The notes: generated by a model from the sequence alone, not told the origin. Shown: positions 9,954 through 20,395, numbered from the stretch's first letter. The stretch is DNA of 64,000 bases from an uncultured delta proteobacterium (GCA_963737265.1 CAVTRY010000012.1:288001-352000); one strand, 5' to 3'. Numbers and translations: made by a program.

Positions 9954-10384
9954 GCCTGTACCTCGACACCAGTTGTCTCCTCAAGCTCCTCTTTCCTGAA
10001 CCAGAGAGCCCGACCACTGCGCTACTAATCACCGCTGAGAGCCGTGTCGTGGTATCCACGCTCGCTCGCCTCGAAGCCATGGTTCAAATCCAGGGTCGCG
10101 TCGCAGGTGGACTATTCACGGCTCGATCCGCGTCCACGCTCACTCGCCTTCTCGACCAAACCCTCGCGGCCACTCCGTTCGATCTGGTTCCCACACCTCC
10201 CGGCGTTGACGGTGTTGCTGTTGGTCAGCTCTTTCCCCTCGGTCGTTCAGTTCACTGCCGAACCCTCGACCGGTTGCACCTGGCGGCCATGCAAGCCATT
10301 GGTTTGCGCCGCATTCTCACCAACGACGAGATCCAGGCCCGCGCTGCCGCCGCCCTCGGGTTCGATGTCCTCCGTCCACGATAG
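9950..10384 (+). CDS. vapC: VapC PIN-domain toxin
   Basis: MSLYLDTSCLLKL...RTLDRLHLAA...LTND. Confidence 0.9.
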   Translation: MSLYLDTSCLLKLLFPEPESPTTALLITAESRVVVSTLARLEAMVQIQGRVAGGLFTARSASTLTRLLDQTLAATPFDLVPTPPGVDGVAVGQLFPLGRSVHCRTLDRLHLAAMQAIGLRRILTNDEIQARAAAALGFDVLRPR

Positions 10385-10404
10385 TCTCCCGATTGACAAC
10401 TCGG

Positions 10405-10467
10405 CATGTATGGGTTCTCGGAAACGGCGGCAGAAAGTTGCGCGCAAAAGTACCCTCGGACGGGATC
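10405..10467. repeat. Repeat unit 4: leader + single core repeat
   Basis: CATGTATGGGTTCTCGGAAACGG...AAAGTACCCTCGGACGGGAT. Confidence 0.85.
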
Positions 10468-10469
10468 TC

Positions 10470-10921
10470 GCGCGACCCTTGCTGGGAGCCTGCGACACGT
10501 CGATGTACGGGACGTGGGGCACACGAAAACGCTGCGACAGCTTCTCGCCGATTTCGGACTCGGAAAAACCCGCATCGGCCAGACGCGCGACGTAGCGGAC
10601 GGCGTAGAAGGAAGCCCGGCAGGCGCTGTCGCGTTTGACCGAGTGGAGCAGGCTGTGCCCCTTGCCACACGCCGAGGGCTCGCGGTTGACGACCTGGTCG
10701 AAGACCTTGTGCTTGAATGCGTCCAGCTTACCGAGGTCGATGCCGGCCGGCCAAGCATCGTCGTCGGCAGGGCCGGCTGGCCGCTGGTCGTCAGTCGGCT
10801 TGGCGAGCGCAGACGATGCGGTGTTTGCCGGTTGACTGGGAGGGGCTTTCTTCGTGCATGCGCTGGCCGCTGCGACGATCACGATGGGGAGCATACCTCG
10901 GAGCATGCGAGACAAGAGCAT
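10470..10921 (-). pseudogene. 5' fragment of a DsbA/thioredoxin-like lipoprotein
   Basis: Lipobox (AAASAC), EPSAC...C domain, ending at APSKG, where the thioredoxin fold of such proteins normally begins; cut at unit 4. Confidence 0.55.
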
Positions 10922-11183
10922 TGGGCGAAGAATAGTCCCTGTGCTCCGAGGCGCAAACTATCGCGACCAGCACCGTCGTGTGCCGACGAACCGTCCAAAA
11001 TCAGTGGTTGCTTGCCATCTTCCGCGGTAAAGGAAGACCTCGTTTCGGGCCCCGCACATGATCTGCTGGCGCGAACCCGTCTCGAAGCCGACGCCCGTCG
11101 GGTAACCGATCTCCGCGACCATTTCGAGCAGCAGATCCTTGCCCGTGTCGGGGCGTGCGCCTCAACGGAGGAAGTCATCGCCT

Positions 11184-11450
11184 GCGGCGGGTAATCATGT
11201 AGTCACGGCCGGGCACGACCTGGCGAGGGAGGGTCACGCATGGGTTCTCGGAAACGGCAGCAGAAAGTTGCGCGCAAAAATGACCCTCGGATGGGATCTG
11301 AAGCATCCTGGCGCAGGAAAAATCGCCGCTCGGAACAGCGGCGGGTAATCATGTAGTCACGACCGGGAACGACCTGGCGAGGAATGGTCACGCATGGGTT
11401 CTCGGAAACGGCAGCAGAGAGTTGGGCGAAAAGTACCCTCGGACGGGGTC
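11184..11450 (-). repeat. Repeat units 5 and 6: two tandem RAYT 5' ends with leaders
   Basis: Minus strand VTIPRQVVPGRDYMITRRCSERRFFLR and a second TLPRQVVPGRDYMITRR. Confidence 0.85.
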
Positions 11451-11609
11451 TTCGACGACGAAGCAATCGGCGATTGTGCGTTGGGGAAAATTGGGGTGAT
11501 GCTTTTTGTGCGCGATGGTGTCGATGAAAGTCAGCAAGGCGCGATTACCTTGATCGATGCCGTGGATCTCGCGACCGGGGAGCGCTCTCACCCCGATCTG
11601 CTCGAATTG

Positions 11610-12380
11610 CTGGCGCAAGGGCCCGGCCTACGACACATCTCGCCAGGCGCGTGGTTTCACCTTCATTCCGCTTTGGGGCTTCGCCGTCGTCCTGTGGTAC
11701 TACATGCGACGGGTCGACTGTTGCCGGTGTGGGGTGACCGTCGAGGTGGTGCCGTGTCCAACCGGCAAGGAGAGGTCGTGCACGGTCTACCAGCACTTCC
11801 TCGCTTTCTGGGCCAAGCGCCTGGCCTGGTCCGACATCGCGCGGCTGTTTCACACCGCGCCGTCGAGCATGTCGTGCCCTTGGGCCTTGGGCACCGCAAC
11901 CTCGACGGCATCAAGGCCATCGGCATCGACGAGATCGCCGTCTGGTCCGGCCACAGGTACCTTACCGTCGTCTACCAACTCGACGCTGGGGTCCACCGGT
12001 TGACTTGGGTGGGCTACGGCCGAACCAAGGGGAGCTGCTGCCGGGCTTTCTTCGTCTGGTTCGGACGAGCGCGCCGGGCTTTCTCGAGTTCGTCTCCTCG
12101 GACATGTGGCGCGCGTGCATCGGCGTTGCAGCGCCCCGCGTCTGCCTTCTCAGCTGCATCCTGCGGACCGTCCGTGCCTACCTCCACAAGGAGGCATTCG
12201 AAGCCTTCTGGCGCTATCGCTCCGCCGCCTGGGCCGGCTGGTTCCTCGATGCCTGGTGCAAACGCGTGATGCGTTCGCGCTTGGCCCCGCTCAAGGCCAT
12301 CGCCAAGCCCCTGCGCAATCACCGCGAGCTAATCCTCAACTGGTTCCTCGCCAAGAAGGAGATTTCCCAGGGCGTTGTGC
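11610..12380 (+). mobile_element. ISL3-family transposase remnant (frameshifted, deleted)
   Basis: FIPLWG..MRRVDC..CGV; AIGIDEIA..GHRYLTVVYQ; AWCKRVMRSRL.P...LRNHRELILNWF.AK..ISQGVV in different frames. Confidence 0.85.
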
Positions 12381-12400
12381 AGACTGGTGAGGAGGCAAAA

Positions 12401-12458
12401 GAGGCACCCTCGGACGGAATTTTGGCTGACGGGGATTTGGATGCTCCGGACGGGATTT
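12401..12458. repeat. Degenerate core repeats (unit 7)
   Basis: GCACCCTCGGACGGAAT / GACGGGGATTT / CCGGACGGGATTT. Confidence 0.6.
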
Positions 12459-12473
12459 GCCGATACTTGTATC

Positions 12474-15400
12474 TCACGGGCAGCTGGACGGATCGGGTAC
12501 AGTCAAATATGCGGGACCTGACGTCCCAGGATTCCCGCAATTGTCTACAATTGTACAAGACACCACGTCTGACCATGCCGGGGCAACTTGTAGAACGAGG
12601 GTAGTTGCACCAATATAGTATCTATTGTCGCAATTCAGCACGTTCTGACAATGCCATTGTGCAGATGCTGCAGTAGCTCCACCTGAAAGGCTCGCCGTAA
12701 AATTAGCATAATCGCCAGATCCGCAGGGTGCAGCATAGGACTGAGGAAGGATTGCAACTTGCGGAGGATTGGGGTAGACGAAAACTGTTTTGCTTGCGGG
12801 TGAAGTGATATTGCAAGGTCCTTCAGCGCGAACATAGTACGTCGTGTTTGAAGTGACCGGTACGGTAAGCGCAGGCCCGGTTCCTATGCGCGTCCCTGAA
12901 GTGGAGTTCGCATACCATGCCCAGAAAGCGCCGCCGGTCCCCAGCGAACCGCCCGAGACGAAAAGGCTAAGCAGTTGTCCTGCACACACGGTTGTTGCTC
13001 CAGAGTAACTGATCCCCGTTGGCGACAAAGACGCGCCCGGCGTGGTGGCGCAGGAGACACACTGTGTCGTGCCACTACAAGAACCAGACGTACACTTTGT
13101 TGGCGTGGGCGCAGTACAAACACCGGTTTGGCAAGTCGACTGGCCAGTATAATATGCGCTTGAGCAAGATGGCCCGGCGCCGCAGGCGGTGCCATTGGCT
13201 TTGTTGGAGGCGTTACATACTGGATACCCGCTCGAACAGTCGGTAGTGCCAGTCTGGCAGTCGGTGTTGATGCCAGTTGTGCATGCACTACCCTGGCTGC
13301 ACGCGTTGCAGGTTCCAGTCGCGTCGCAAACGCCGCTGGTTGAGCCTGTCGTCGTGCAGGCCGCGCCAACGGAAAGTGGATAGCACGTCCCGGTCGAGCA
13401 GGAGTGGCACGTACCGCAGGCCGTGGAGCAGCAAACATTGGCGACGCAGGTGAGGCCGGGAGAGCACAGTGCGGTTGCCGAACAAGTCCCACCCACGCCC
13501 GCCCCATTGGCGCAGACGGCGCCGTTGCAACCGTAACCATTGCATCCTTTGGTTGTGGCTGTCGGGCAGATGCCAGGTGCGGGGGGACTATTTCCGGGGC
13601 ATAATGCAGCATAGGTTTGCGTTTGGGCCGTGCAGCTTGCCTGGATACAGGTGGTCTCCGCACCCGGATAGGAGCACGAGCTCAATCCATTGCAGGCTCC
13701 TTTGCAAATACCCTGGCCGGCGCAACCTGGGTGGTTGGCATGAGGCGCGCCGCCGGAGCTCAGGGTCGTGCATGTGCCAAAGTAGCCGGTGACGTTACAG
13801 GCCTGACAGGAGTCGGTGCAAGCATTGTTGCAGCAATAGCCGTCCGCGCAGGACAACCCGCTTGCGCATTCGGCTGTCGATGCGCATGCCGTGCCCTGCG
13901 TTTTCGGCGGGGCGCACACGGCTCCGTTGCAGCCGTAGTTACAGGTGTCAACGATGGGCGCGGCACAACCTCCCACGCCATCGCACATTTGGGCGCGGGT
14001 TGCTTGGTTCGTCGTCGTGTTACACGAAGCAGCCGGTCCGCAGGCATGGGTCGTGTCCAGGGGCTGGTCCTCCTTGCAGACCGGCGCGCCAGTCGAACAG
14101 TCGAGCTTTCCAGTCTTGCATACGTTGGTGGGAGGGCAGGAGTTGCCCTGCACGCAGGGCTCGCAGGCCGGAGTCGTGCTAGTGGTGCTATTGCAAACGC
14201 CGCCGGTGCATGCCGATCCGGGCGTCATGTTGGCGCAGGTCCCGTCTTGGACTCCCGTCTTGCTGCCCAGGCACGAACGGCAGGTTTGCCCGCATGCGCT
14301 GTCGCAACAGACACCTTCGACGCAGTTCCCGTTCTTGCATTGGTTGGTGGCGCCGCACTTGACTCCGAGGGCCAATTTCGCCGTACATGCTCCCGACGCG
14401 CAGTAGTCGCCGGTTATGCAATCCGAGTCAGCGGTGCAAGTCTTCTTGCACGCCGAGGTCGAAGCGCACACCAAGTCTGCCTGGCAGGCGTTGCTACTCG
14501 CAACGCAGGCGTGCTTGACGCCATCGCAGGCGGAAGTCGTCAGGGTCGAACCCAGGCATGAGTCGGTTGCGCAAGAGGTTGCCGCCGGGGTGTAGTGGCA
14601 AGCGCCGTTCCCATCACACATGCCGTCTAGTCCACAAGGCGGCGCGGCCGTACAAGTGCCGTGGCCTGGCTTGCCCGCCATCACGGGAAGACATTGCCCG
14701 GTGGTGGACACGGCCTGACCATTGAGAGTGCTCGTGCAGGCGAGACACCCTGTGCACACCAGCGTGTCGCAGCAGACACTGTCGGCAACGATCCCGCTCG
14801 TACACTGCGACCCAGCGGTCGCAGTCACCCCAAGTGCCAATTTCGTCGCGCAGGTTCCGGCGGCAGAGCAGTAGTTTGTCGTCCCGCAATCGGCATCCTT
14901 GGTACACGTCTTTAGACAGCCCGTCAGCGCACATTGAAAGGCCCCGCAGCTCTGTGGCGTACTGGTCGCGCAGGTCCCGGCACCATCGCAGGTCGCGGCG
15001 GGGGTGAAGTTCGTCCCGTTGCACGTGGCGGCGGCGCAGACCTTGCCGTTGCTCACCTTGTGGCAAAGCCCTTTTCCGTCGCAGGTACCGTCGTTGCCGC
15101 ACGGGTTGCTGGACGTCTCGTCCGCGCAAGCGGCGTGCGGATCCAGCCCGAGGCTTACAGGAGCGCAGGTCCCATCGTCGACACCGGTTAGGGTATTCTT
15201 GCAGGCGTTGCACCCAGCGCAGGGTTTGTCGCAGCACATGCCGTCGACGCAGCTATTGGAAACACAGTCGCCATTCGCTGAGCAGATCGCTCCGGCGGAC
15301 AAACCCCAGGGCCATCGCATCATCCTACATCGACGCAGGATCCATCAGAGTCTCGGCCATTTCTGGAAGGTTTTCCCCTGGGGTCGGTGCGCGCGCCGGT

Positions 15401-15999
15401 GTGCAGGCAGGTTCGGCAGCGCGCACGGGCGCGGAGACCGGCATAACTATCGGCATCTCCGCAAGATCACTTACAATTTAGATGCGTTGGCCCTGGGACA
15501 AACCCCCAGGGGCATCGTTGATCTGGGCTGGGGCATCGCGTCCGCCGCTGGTTCCACCACTACCTGTGCTGCCGCCAGCACCATTGCCAGCAAGACCACC
15601 GCCGTTCCCGGCGCCGCCGCCGGCATTGGCGCCGCCACTACCCCCACCGCCCGCGCCCCCTGCGCTGCCTGGTTGTGCGTCGAATACCACGGGCGTGCCG
15701 CCCGCGCCGAGGGCGCTATCGACCGGGCCGCCACCGTTGCCACCGTTTGGCCGTGCGTCGATCGCCACGGACGCCCCATCTGCGCCGTGCGCGCCATCGA
15801 CCGGGCCGTTGCCGCCGTCGAGAGCCAGAACACAGTGTCCGTTAGAGCAGAAATAGGGGCTAGGACAGGTTGACGCACTGTTACACTTGACCTTCGAAAC
15901 GTCGAGGCTGCGGAAGCAGGCCACGTTGAGGCAAACCAGCGCGGCGGCCCACAGCGCGATGTTTGGATATCGACGATTTCGAAAGGATGTCGCGTTCAT
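12474..15999 (-). pseudogene. Cys-rich repeat surface lipoprotein with C-terminal Ig-like domain, split by MITE
   Basis: Lipobox LNVAC, Gly linker, CxDGxCC repeats, TYYVRAEGPC Ig-like motif; removing the 199-bp insertion rejoins DAPGGLS/AGAICS. Confidence 0.8.
15307..15495. mobile_element. 189-bp MITE, copy 1
   Basis: TIR CAGGGCCA(T/A)CGCATC; 10-bp target duplication GGACAAACCC (15297-15306, 15496-15505); identical to 35366-35554. Confidence 0.92.
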
Positions 16000-16838
16000 C
16001 AGAAGCCTCCTGTCAACATAGCACCCATGTGTCCGGGGCCAACTGCGGGAACTAGAGCCACATTGGTCGACGAGCTTGCGCGGGACTTGATGCCGACCCC
16101 GATTAGAATTGCCCCGGTGGCCACGCAGGCCGCCCCAGCCCCGTAGCCCACCCAAGCGAGGGTCTTATAGGTCTTCTGGTTGTTTGCCTGGGCGGATGAA
16201 TAGCCGCCGACCGAGGTCTCCATGTTGTCGACAGTGCTATTGGCTTTCAGATTCAGAATAACGCCGCCGGCCACGGCCAAGATACCCACGCTGCCAACGA
16301 TGATTCCCGCGGTCGCCAGGCCGGTCCACCGACCGGCCGACGGACCCGGCTGGGACGCGGGTTCGACTACAGTCGTGGGGGATGGCTCTGGCGATGGCTC
16401 GGGTTTAGGCACAGGTGGCGGAGACGACGTGGCCTGGGTCGGCGAGATGCCGCGCTCCTCGGCAAGTTTTTGCTTGCAATCCGCGAGGTGCTTCTCGGCC
16501 GCGGCCTTGTCCTCGGGGCTCAACTTCTCTGGATCTGCACGCAGGTATTCGTCGAATTTGGCCACCGCGTCATCGTACTTTCGGCTCTGTTCAAGACAAC
16601 GACCCTGATTAAAAATATACGTTGGGTCATTAGTTTCAATAAAAAGGTCGGAGAGAATAGAAACGCCCTTGGCGTAGTCGCCGTTGAGACAAGCCTTCCG
16701 GGCCGCGCGATCTTGCGCCTGGTGGCTCGCGGCCACCGCCGGCGCGGCCGCTAGCAGCAAAGGAACGACCAAAAGAACGATGGCGAGAGCCGCCTTCAAA
16801 AAGAGGCTCCGCTGGGTGCGACTTCGACACTGGCTCAT
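15999..16838 (-). CDS. Secreted TPR protein with C-terminal hydrophobic hairpin
   Basis: Signal peptide; ARKACLNGDYAKGVSILSDLF...IFNQGRC TPR; two hydrophobic helices; ends GGF. Confidence 0.8.
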   Translation of the reverse strand: MSQCRSRTQRSLFLKAALAIVLLVVPLLLAAAPAVAASHQAQDRAARKACLNGDYAKGVSILSDLFIETNDPTYIFNQGRCLEQSRKYDDAVAKFDEYLRADPEKLSPEDKAAAEKHLADCKQKLAEERGISPTQATSSPPPVPKPEPSPEPSPTTVVEPASQPGPSAGRWTGLATAGIIVGSVGILAVAGGVILNLKANSTVDNMETSVGGYSSAQANNQKTYKTLAWVGYGAGAACVATGAILIGVGIKSRASSSTNVALVPAVGPGHMGAMLTGGF

Positions 16839-17007
16839 AGCGGTAGATTCTGACGCAAAAGGTGGTCGTTGGCAAGCGAAATAGTGAAAATGCGGGTACG
16901 TTGCACGAACCGGTGCTCGGTGACTCTGTGGTGAAAACAAAAGAACAGCTTCATGGGCCACATCTATTGGGTTGACATGCACATGCATGTCTGAAATGCT
17001 GTCGAGC

Positions 17008-17247
17008 ATGAGAACGACGGTAGAAATCCCCGATGTGCAGCGGGCTCGCTTACTCGAGCTCGCCGCCCGGCGTGGGGAGAAGGGCTTTTCTCGTTTGGTT
17101 CAGGAGGCCGTCGACCGGTTATTGGCCGAGGACGATTCACGGGAGGTTCGCACCAAGGCGGCGCTCGCTCTTGAAGGGTCCATGGGGGCCAAGGAGGCGG
17201 ATGCGCTACTGGCATCGGTCGTGCGTATCAGGAGTACTTGGCGATGA
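17008..17247 (+). CDS. Putative RHH antitoxin
   Basis: MRTTVEIPD...FSRLVQEAVD; upstream TTGACA and ACATGCATGT palindrome; overlaps vapC. Confidence 0.75.
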   Translation: MRTTVEIPDVQRARLLELAARRGEKGFSRLVQEAVDRLLAEDDSREVRTKAALALEGSMGAKEADALLASVVRIRSTWR

Positions 17248-17630
17248 TGGTCGCCGATTCCGACGTCCTCATCGACTACCTGCGTGGCCAGTCGCCCTGG
17301 GCCGAGCGAATTAGGCTAGAGATCGAGACTGGCCATCTTGCTACGACTGCTGTCAACAGGTTCGAGCTGCTGAGCAGTGCGAAGAGCATAGTGGAGCTCG
17401 AAAAGGTGTCGAGCCTGCTTGCGGCGATGACCGTGCTTGGGTTTTCCGCGCAGGCGAGCGAACGAGCGGCAGAAGCACGACGTGCGCTCGAAGGGGAAGG
17501 ACAGGGCATCGGGATGGCGGACTACCTCATCGCGGGCGTCTGCCTGGCTAACGGCGGAGTACTCCTGACCCGCAACACGAAGCACTTTGAGCGAGTTCCC
17601 GGCCTGAAAATCAGTGGGCGCTATCTGTAG
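17244..17630 (+). CDS. vapC: VapC PIN-domain toxin
   Basis: VADSDVLIDYLRG...ADYLIAGVC...LTRNTKHFERVPGL. Confidence 0.9.
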   Translation: MMVADSDVLIDYLRGQSPWAERIRLEIETGHLATTAVNRFELLSSAKSIVELEKVSSLLAAMTVLGFSAQASERAAEARRALEGEGQGIGMADYLIAGVCLANGGVLLTRNTKHFERVPGLKISGRYL

Positions 17631-17688
17631 TTTTGTTAGAGCCGACTGCAACCCTTGCTGTCAGACGTGGATCCTTGCGATCTCGATA

Positions 17689-17982
17689 TCATCCTGACCA
17701 GCCTTCTGCGTCCCTTCGGTTCTGAGCGTCGCTTCTTCCTCCACGAGGTGCCGCGCCCCGCGCTGTGGATCGGACAGCGACGATGGCTCGGTCGCGGACC
17801 TCGCGCACGTCGGTCTCCTTCAAGGTCACCAAAGCGCGGGTTTGGCCAGAGGCAGTCACGAACTCGACATCCAGGCCATCCGGTTCATACGTCCCGACCA
17901 CGGCACCGAGATCCCCCACGCACAGCCCGCGTTTTGGAAGAGGCTTGTTCAACACCACCGTATCGAGCGCGTGAAATCTCAT
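17689..17982 (-). CDS. DUF4926-family protein
   Basis: LDTVVL...GL..GDLGAVV..Y....DVEFVTASGQT.ALVTL. Confidence 0.8.
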   Translation of the reverse strand: MRFHALDTVVLNKPLPKRGLCVGDLGAVVGTYEPDGLDVEFVTASGQTRALVTLKETDVREVRDRAIVAVRSTARGAAPRGGRSDAQNRRDAEGWSG

Positions 17983-18170
17983 CGCGAGTCTCCTGGAAAG
18001 GCTGTCACGAACCTAGGAAAGTCTTCGCCCGCGAGGACGATCCAGGCTGTATAGCCGAGGCTTGCGAAGAATACAGCCTTGAAGCGGCCGACTGGGTGCG
18101 AGGGCGAGAGTAGGTAGTCCCGAATCTTGGCCGAGTCGATGACCGCACGTTCCGCGCCCGGCATCCTCAT
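17979..18170 (-). pseudogene. DUF6883-like protein with internal deletion
   Basis: AVIDSAKIRDYLLSPSHPVGRFKAVFFASLGY joined directly to TAWIV...PRFVTAFP; usual partner of DUF4926. Confidence 0.65.
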
Positions 18171-18287
18171 ATTGCGGGCCTCGTTGTCGACGGTGTTCTC
18201 GGCACACCTGACTATCGGCAGCGCCTTCGCGGAAGTTGCGGGACAGCCGATGTCCCGCAGACGGTGAGCGGTGACCAACCAAATCCG

Positions 18288-18323
18288 AAGCCCCGGCACC
18301 AATCTACTCGGCGTCGGGGCTTT
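18288..18323 (-). terminator. Hairpin downstream of GH54 gene
   Basis: AAGCCCCGGCACC-loop-GGCGTCGGGGCTT. Confidence 0.4.
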
Positions 18324-18355
18324 CGCTTTTCCGCCGATCGACCGGCGGCAACTCC

Positions 18356-20395
18356 CTACTTTCCGTACCCGGCGGCCTGGGCGTTTTGCAGAACGGCGAG
18401 GTCGGTGGCGTCCGACGGCCGACCGGATGTGATGGCGCCTTCGAAGAAGGTTCCATATGACGAGTTGCTATTGTCGCCGCCGGTGCCAAGGAGGACGGCA
18501 CCCTGGAGGTTCCAGCCATTCCCTGGAGCCTTTCCGTCATAAGCCGTCGTCAATCCGCCGGATTGCGCGTCACCGATCCTCATCGCCCATTGCGGCGCAC
18601 CATTGGCCGTGTCGGTCTTCACGAGGCCGAAGGCGTAATCCCATGTCACCGTCGGATCATTGGGATTATTCGTGGCCGAATTTCCCGAGCCTCCGGTCCA
18701 AACGCCGCCCTCGGGGTCCATCATGAACCAGGGTCCATTGCCCGCGCCAGTGCCCCAAACGAACTTGTCTCCAAAGGATACCGTATCCATCGTGCCGGTA
18801 CCGCCGGTGCTGCAATTGTCGCGGTTCGCGCTTCCGAAGTCCCAACAGCACCCAGAGTTGGCACGCTTGCCGTCCACAACCATATACTCACTCTGACCCA
18901 CCGGCGGAGGGTTACCTTGCGGCAAGCCCGTGGCAGTGTCGTTCCGATAGCCGTCGTATTCCGTGCCGTTTGCATTGTGGCCGCCATAGGTTGAATCCGA
19001 AACCATGTAGAGCGCGTAAACCTTGTGCCCGTTCAACGTCAACGAGCGACCTTTCGCGTTTGACTCGGTATCGGGGGTTGTGACGTAGCACCCTTTGCCC
19101 GACACGATGAGATCGTTACCCTTGCCGGACTGATCGTAGATCTTCGCGATCGTGCATGCGGAGGCGCCGCAAGCCGCATCCTGGGAGGGCCCGTCGGCGT
19201 AGACGCCACCCGCGATCAGCCCAATATTTTGGAGCGTGCCACCCGTGCCAGAATTCGATCCCCCTATCCTTACCTGGTACAGGGGCCCGCTGTACTTGCT
19301 CGAGAGAAGCCGAACCGTGCTGAATGCCGCGACGCACGGCGTGCCGCTGGCAGCGTAGATGTCGCAGGGGCCCTGGAGGGCGCAAGTCGCGCCGGTACAG
19401 GCGGTCGCGCCGCCCGAGCCAGGCGCACCACCCGACGAGCCAGTCGCGCCACCCGAGCCAGTTTTGCCGCCAGCACCGGTCGCTCCGCCCGAGCCAGTCG
19501 CGCCGCCTGCGCCGGTCGCTCCGCCCGAGCCAGTCGCGCCGCCTGCGCCCGTCGCACCGCCCGATCCGGTCGCGCCGCCCGAGCCGGTTGCGCTGCTACT
19601 CTGAAACACGACCGTACCCGTCGTTGTCGGGCTGGGCGTTTTCGGGGTCCAGGTCATCGTGTTTCCGGAGACGCAGTAGTCGTAGGTGTCGGTCTGGTCG
19701 ATTGTGATCTGGTTATTCGCGGTCGTGAAATTCCCGCTTGTCGATGCGGCACTCGATACCAGTCCAACCGAGCCAGGCTGATCGACGGTGGCCGAGCAAG
19801 TGCACCCACCGCCAGTCGGAGCGGCCGTACAGCTGACCGAGGAGTAGCCTAGGGCTTGAAGAGGTCCATTGAGACCATCGCATGTGATGGTGGTGCCAGA
19901 GAAACTCAGGCACGCAGCTATCAACGTGAGCTGCTCGTTGCCCGTGGTCGTTGTGTTGTCCGCATACGTCCCGTTGGCGTTGGCGCTCCACGTTCCGGAC
20001 ACCTGGAGGGAGCCTGTGACCTGAGCGGTGCAACCCGGGACGAAGAAATTCGACATATCCAGCGCACCGCTCACATTCAGGCATGGCGACGACACGTTCC
20101 AGGTTCCGACGACGCTACCGACGCATGGGGTCACGTTGGAACAGGATCCCGTCGCTCCCCCGCTGCCAGAGCTTCCGCCGGCACCCGAACCGCCGCTTCC
20201 GCTGCCCCCTGAAGAGGTGGTGATCGACGCATCGGGTTTCCCGCCGCTGCCCCCGCCGCCAGAAGCAGAAGCGCCGCCACTCCCGCTCGCGCCGCCAGAG
20301 CCACTGCTGGGGCTGGAAGTGCTGGTGCAACCCCAGGAGCAAATGCCCACGAGGGCGACCGCCAAGAGTTCGTTCGAAAAATTCCTTGTTCTCAT
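18356..20395 (-). CDS. Alpha-L-arabinofuranosidase B (GH54) lipoprotein with Gly-rich linkers
   Basis: PCDIYAASGTPCVAAFSTVR, CCWDFG, LGTGGDNSN..GTFFEG; lipobox CSWGC. Confidence 0.9.
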   Translation of the reverse strand: MRTRNFSNELLAVALVGICSWGCTSTSSPSSGSGGASGSGGASASGGGGSGGKPDASITTSSGGSGSGGSGAGGSSGSGGATGSCSNVTPCVGSVVGTWNVSSPCLNVSGALDMSNFFVPGCTAQVTGSLQVSGTWSANANGTYADNTTTTGNEQLTLIAACLSFSGTTITCDGLNGPLQALGYSSVSCTAAPTGGGCTCSATVDQPGSVGLVSSAASTSGNFTTANNQITIDQTDTYDYCVSGNTMTWTPKTPSPTTTGTVVFQSSSATGSGGATGSGGATGAGGATGSGGATGAGGATGSGGATGAGGKTGSGGATGSSGGAPGSGGATACTGATCALQGPCDIYAASGTPCVAAFSTVRLLSSKYSGPLYQVRIGGSNSGTGGTLQNIGLIAGGVYADGPSQDAACGASACTIAKIYDQSGKGNDLIVSGKGCYVTTPDTESNAKGRSLTLNGHKVYALYMVSDSTYGGHNANGTEYDGYRNDTATGLPQGNPPPVGQSEYMVVDGKRANSGCCWDFGSANRDNCSTGGTGTMDTVSFGDKFVWGTGAGNGPWFMMDPEGGVWTGGSGNSATNNPNDPTVTWDYAFGLVKTDTANGAPQWAMRIGDAQSGGLTTAYDGKAPGNGWNLQGAVLLGTGGDNSNSSYGTFFEGAITSGRPSDATDLAVLQNAQAAGYGK

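Noticed and set aside
11451-11610. Possible additional gene fragment
   Set aside because: Could not be assigned to any family by eye
15307-15495. MITE as a self-splicing intron or intein
   Set aside because: TIRs plus 10-bp target duplications indicate DDE transposition; no intron core is evident and the insertion is out of frame
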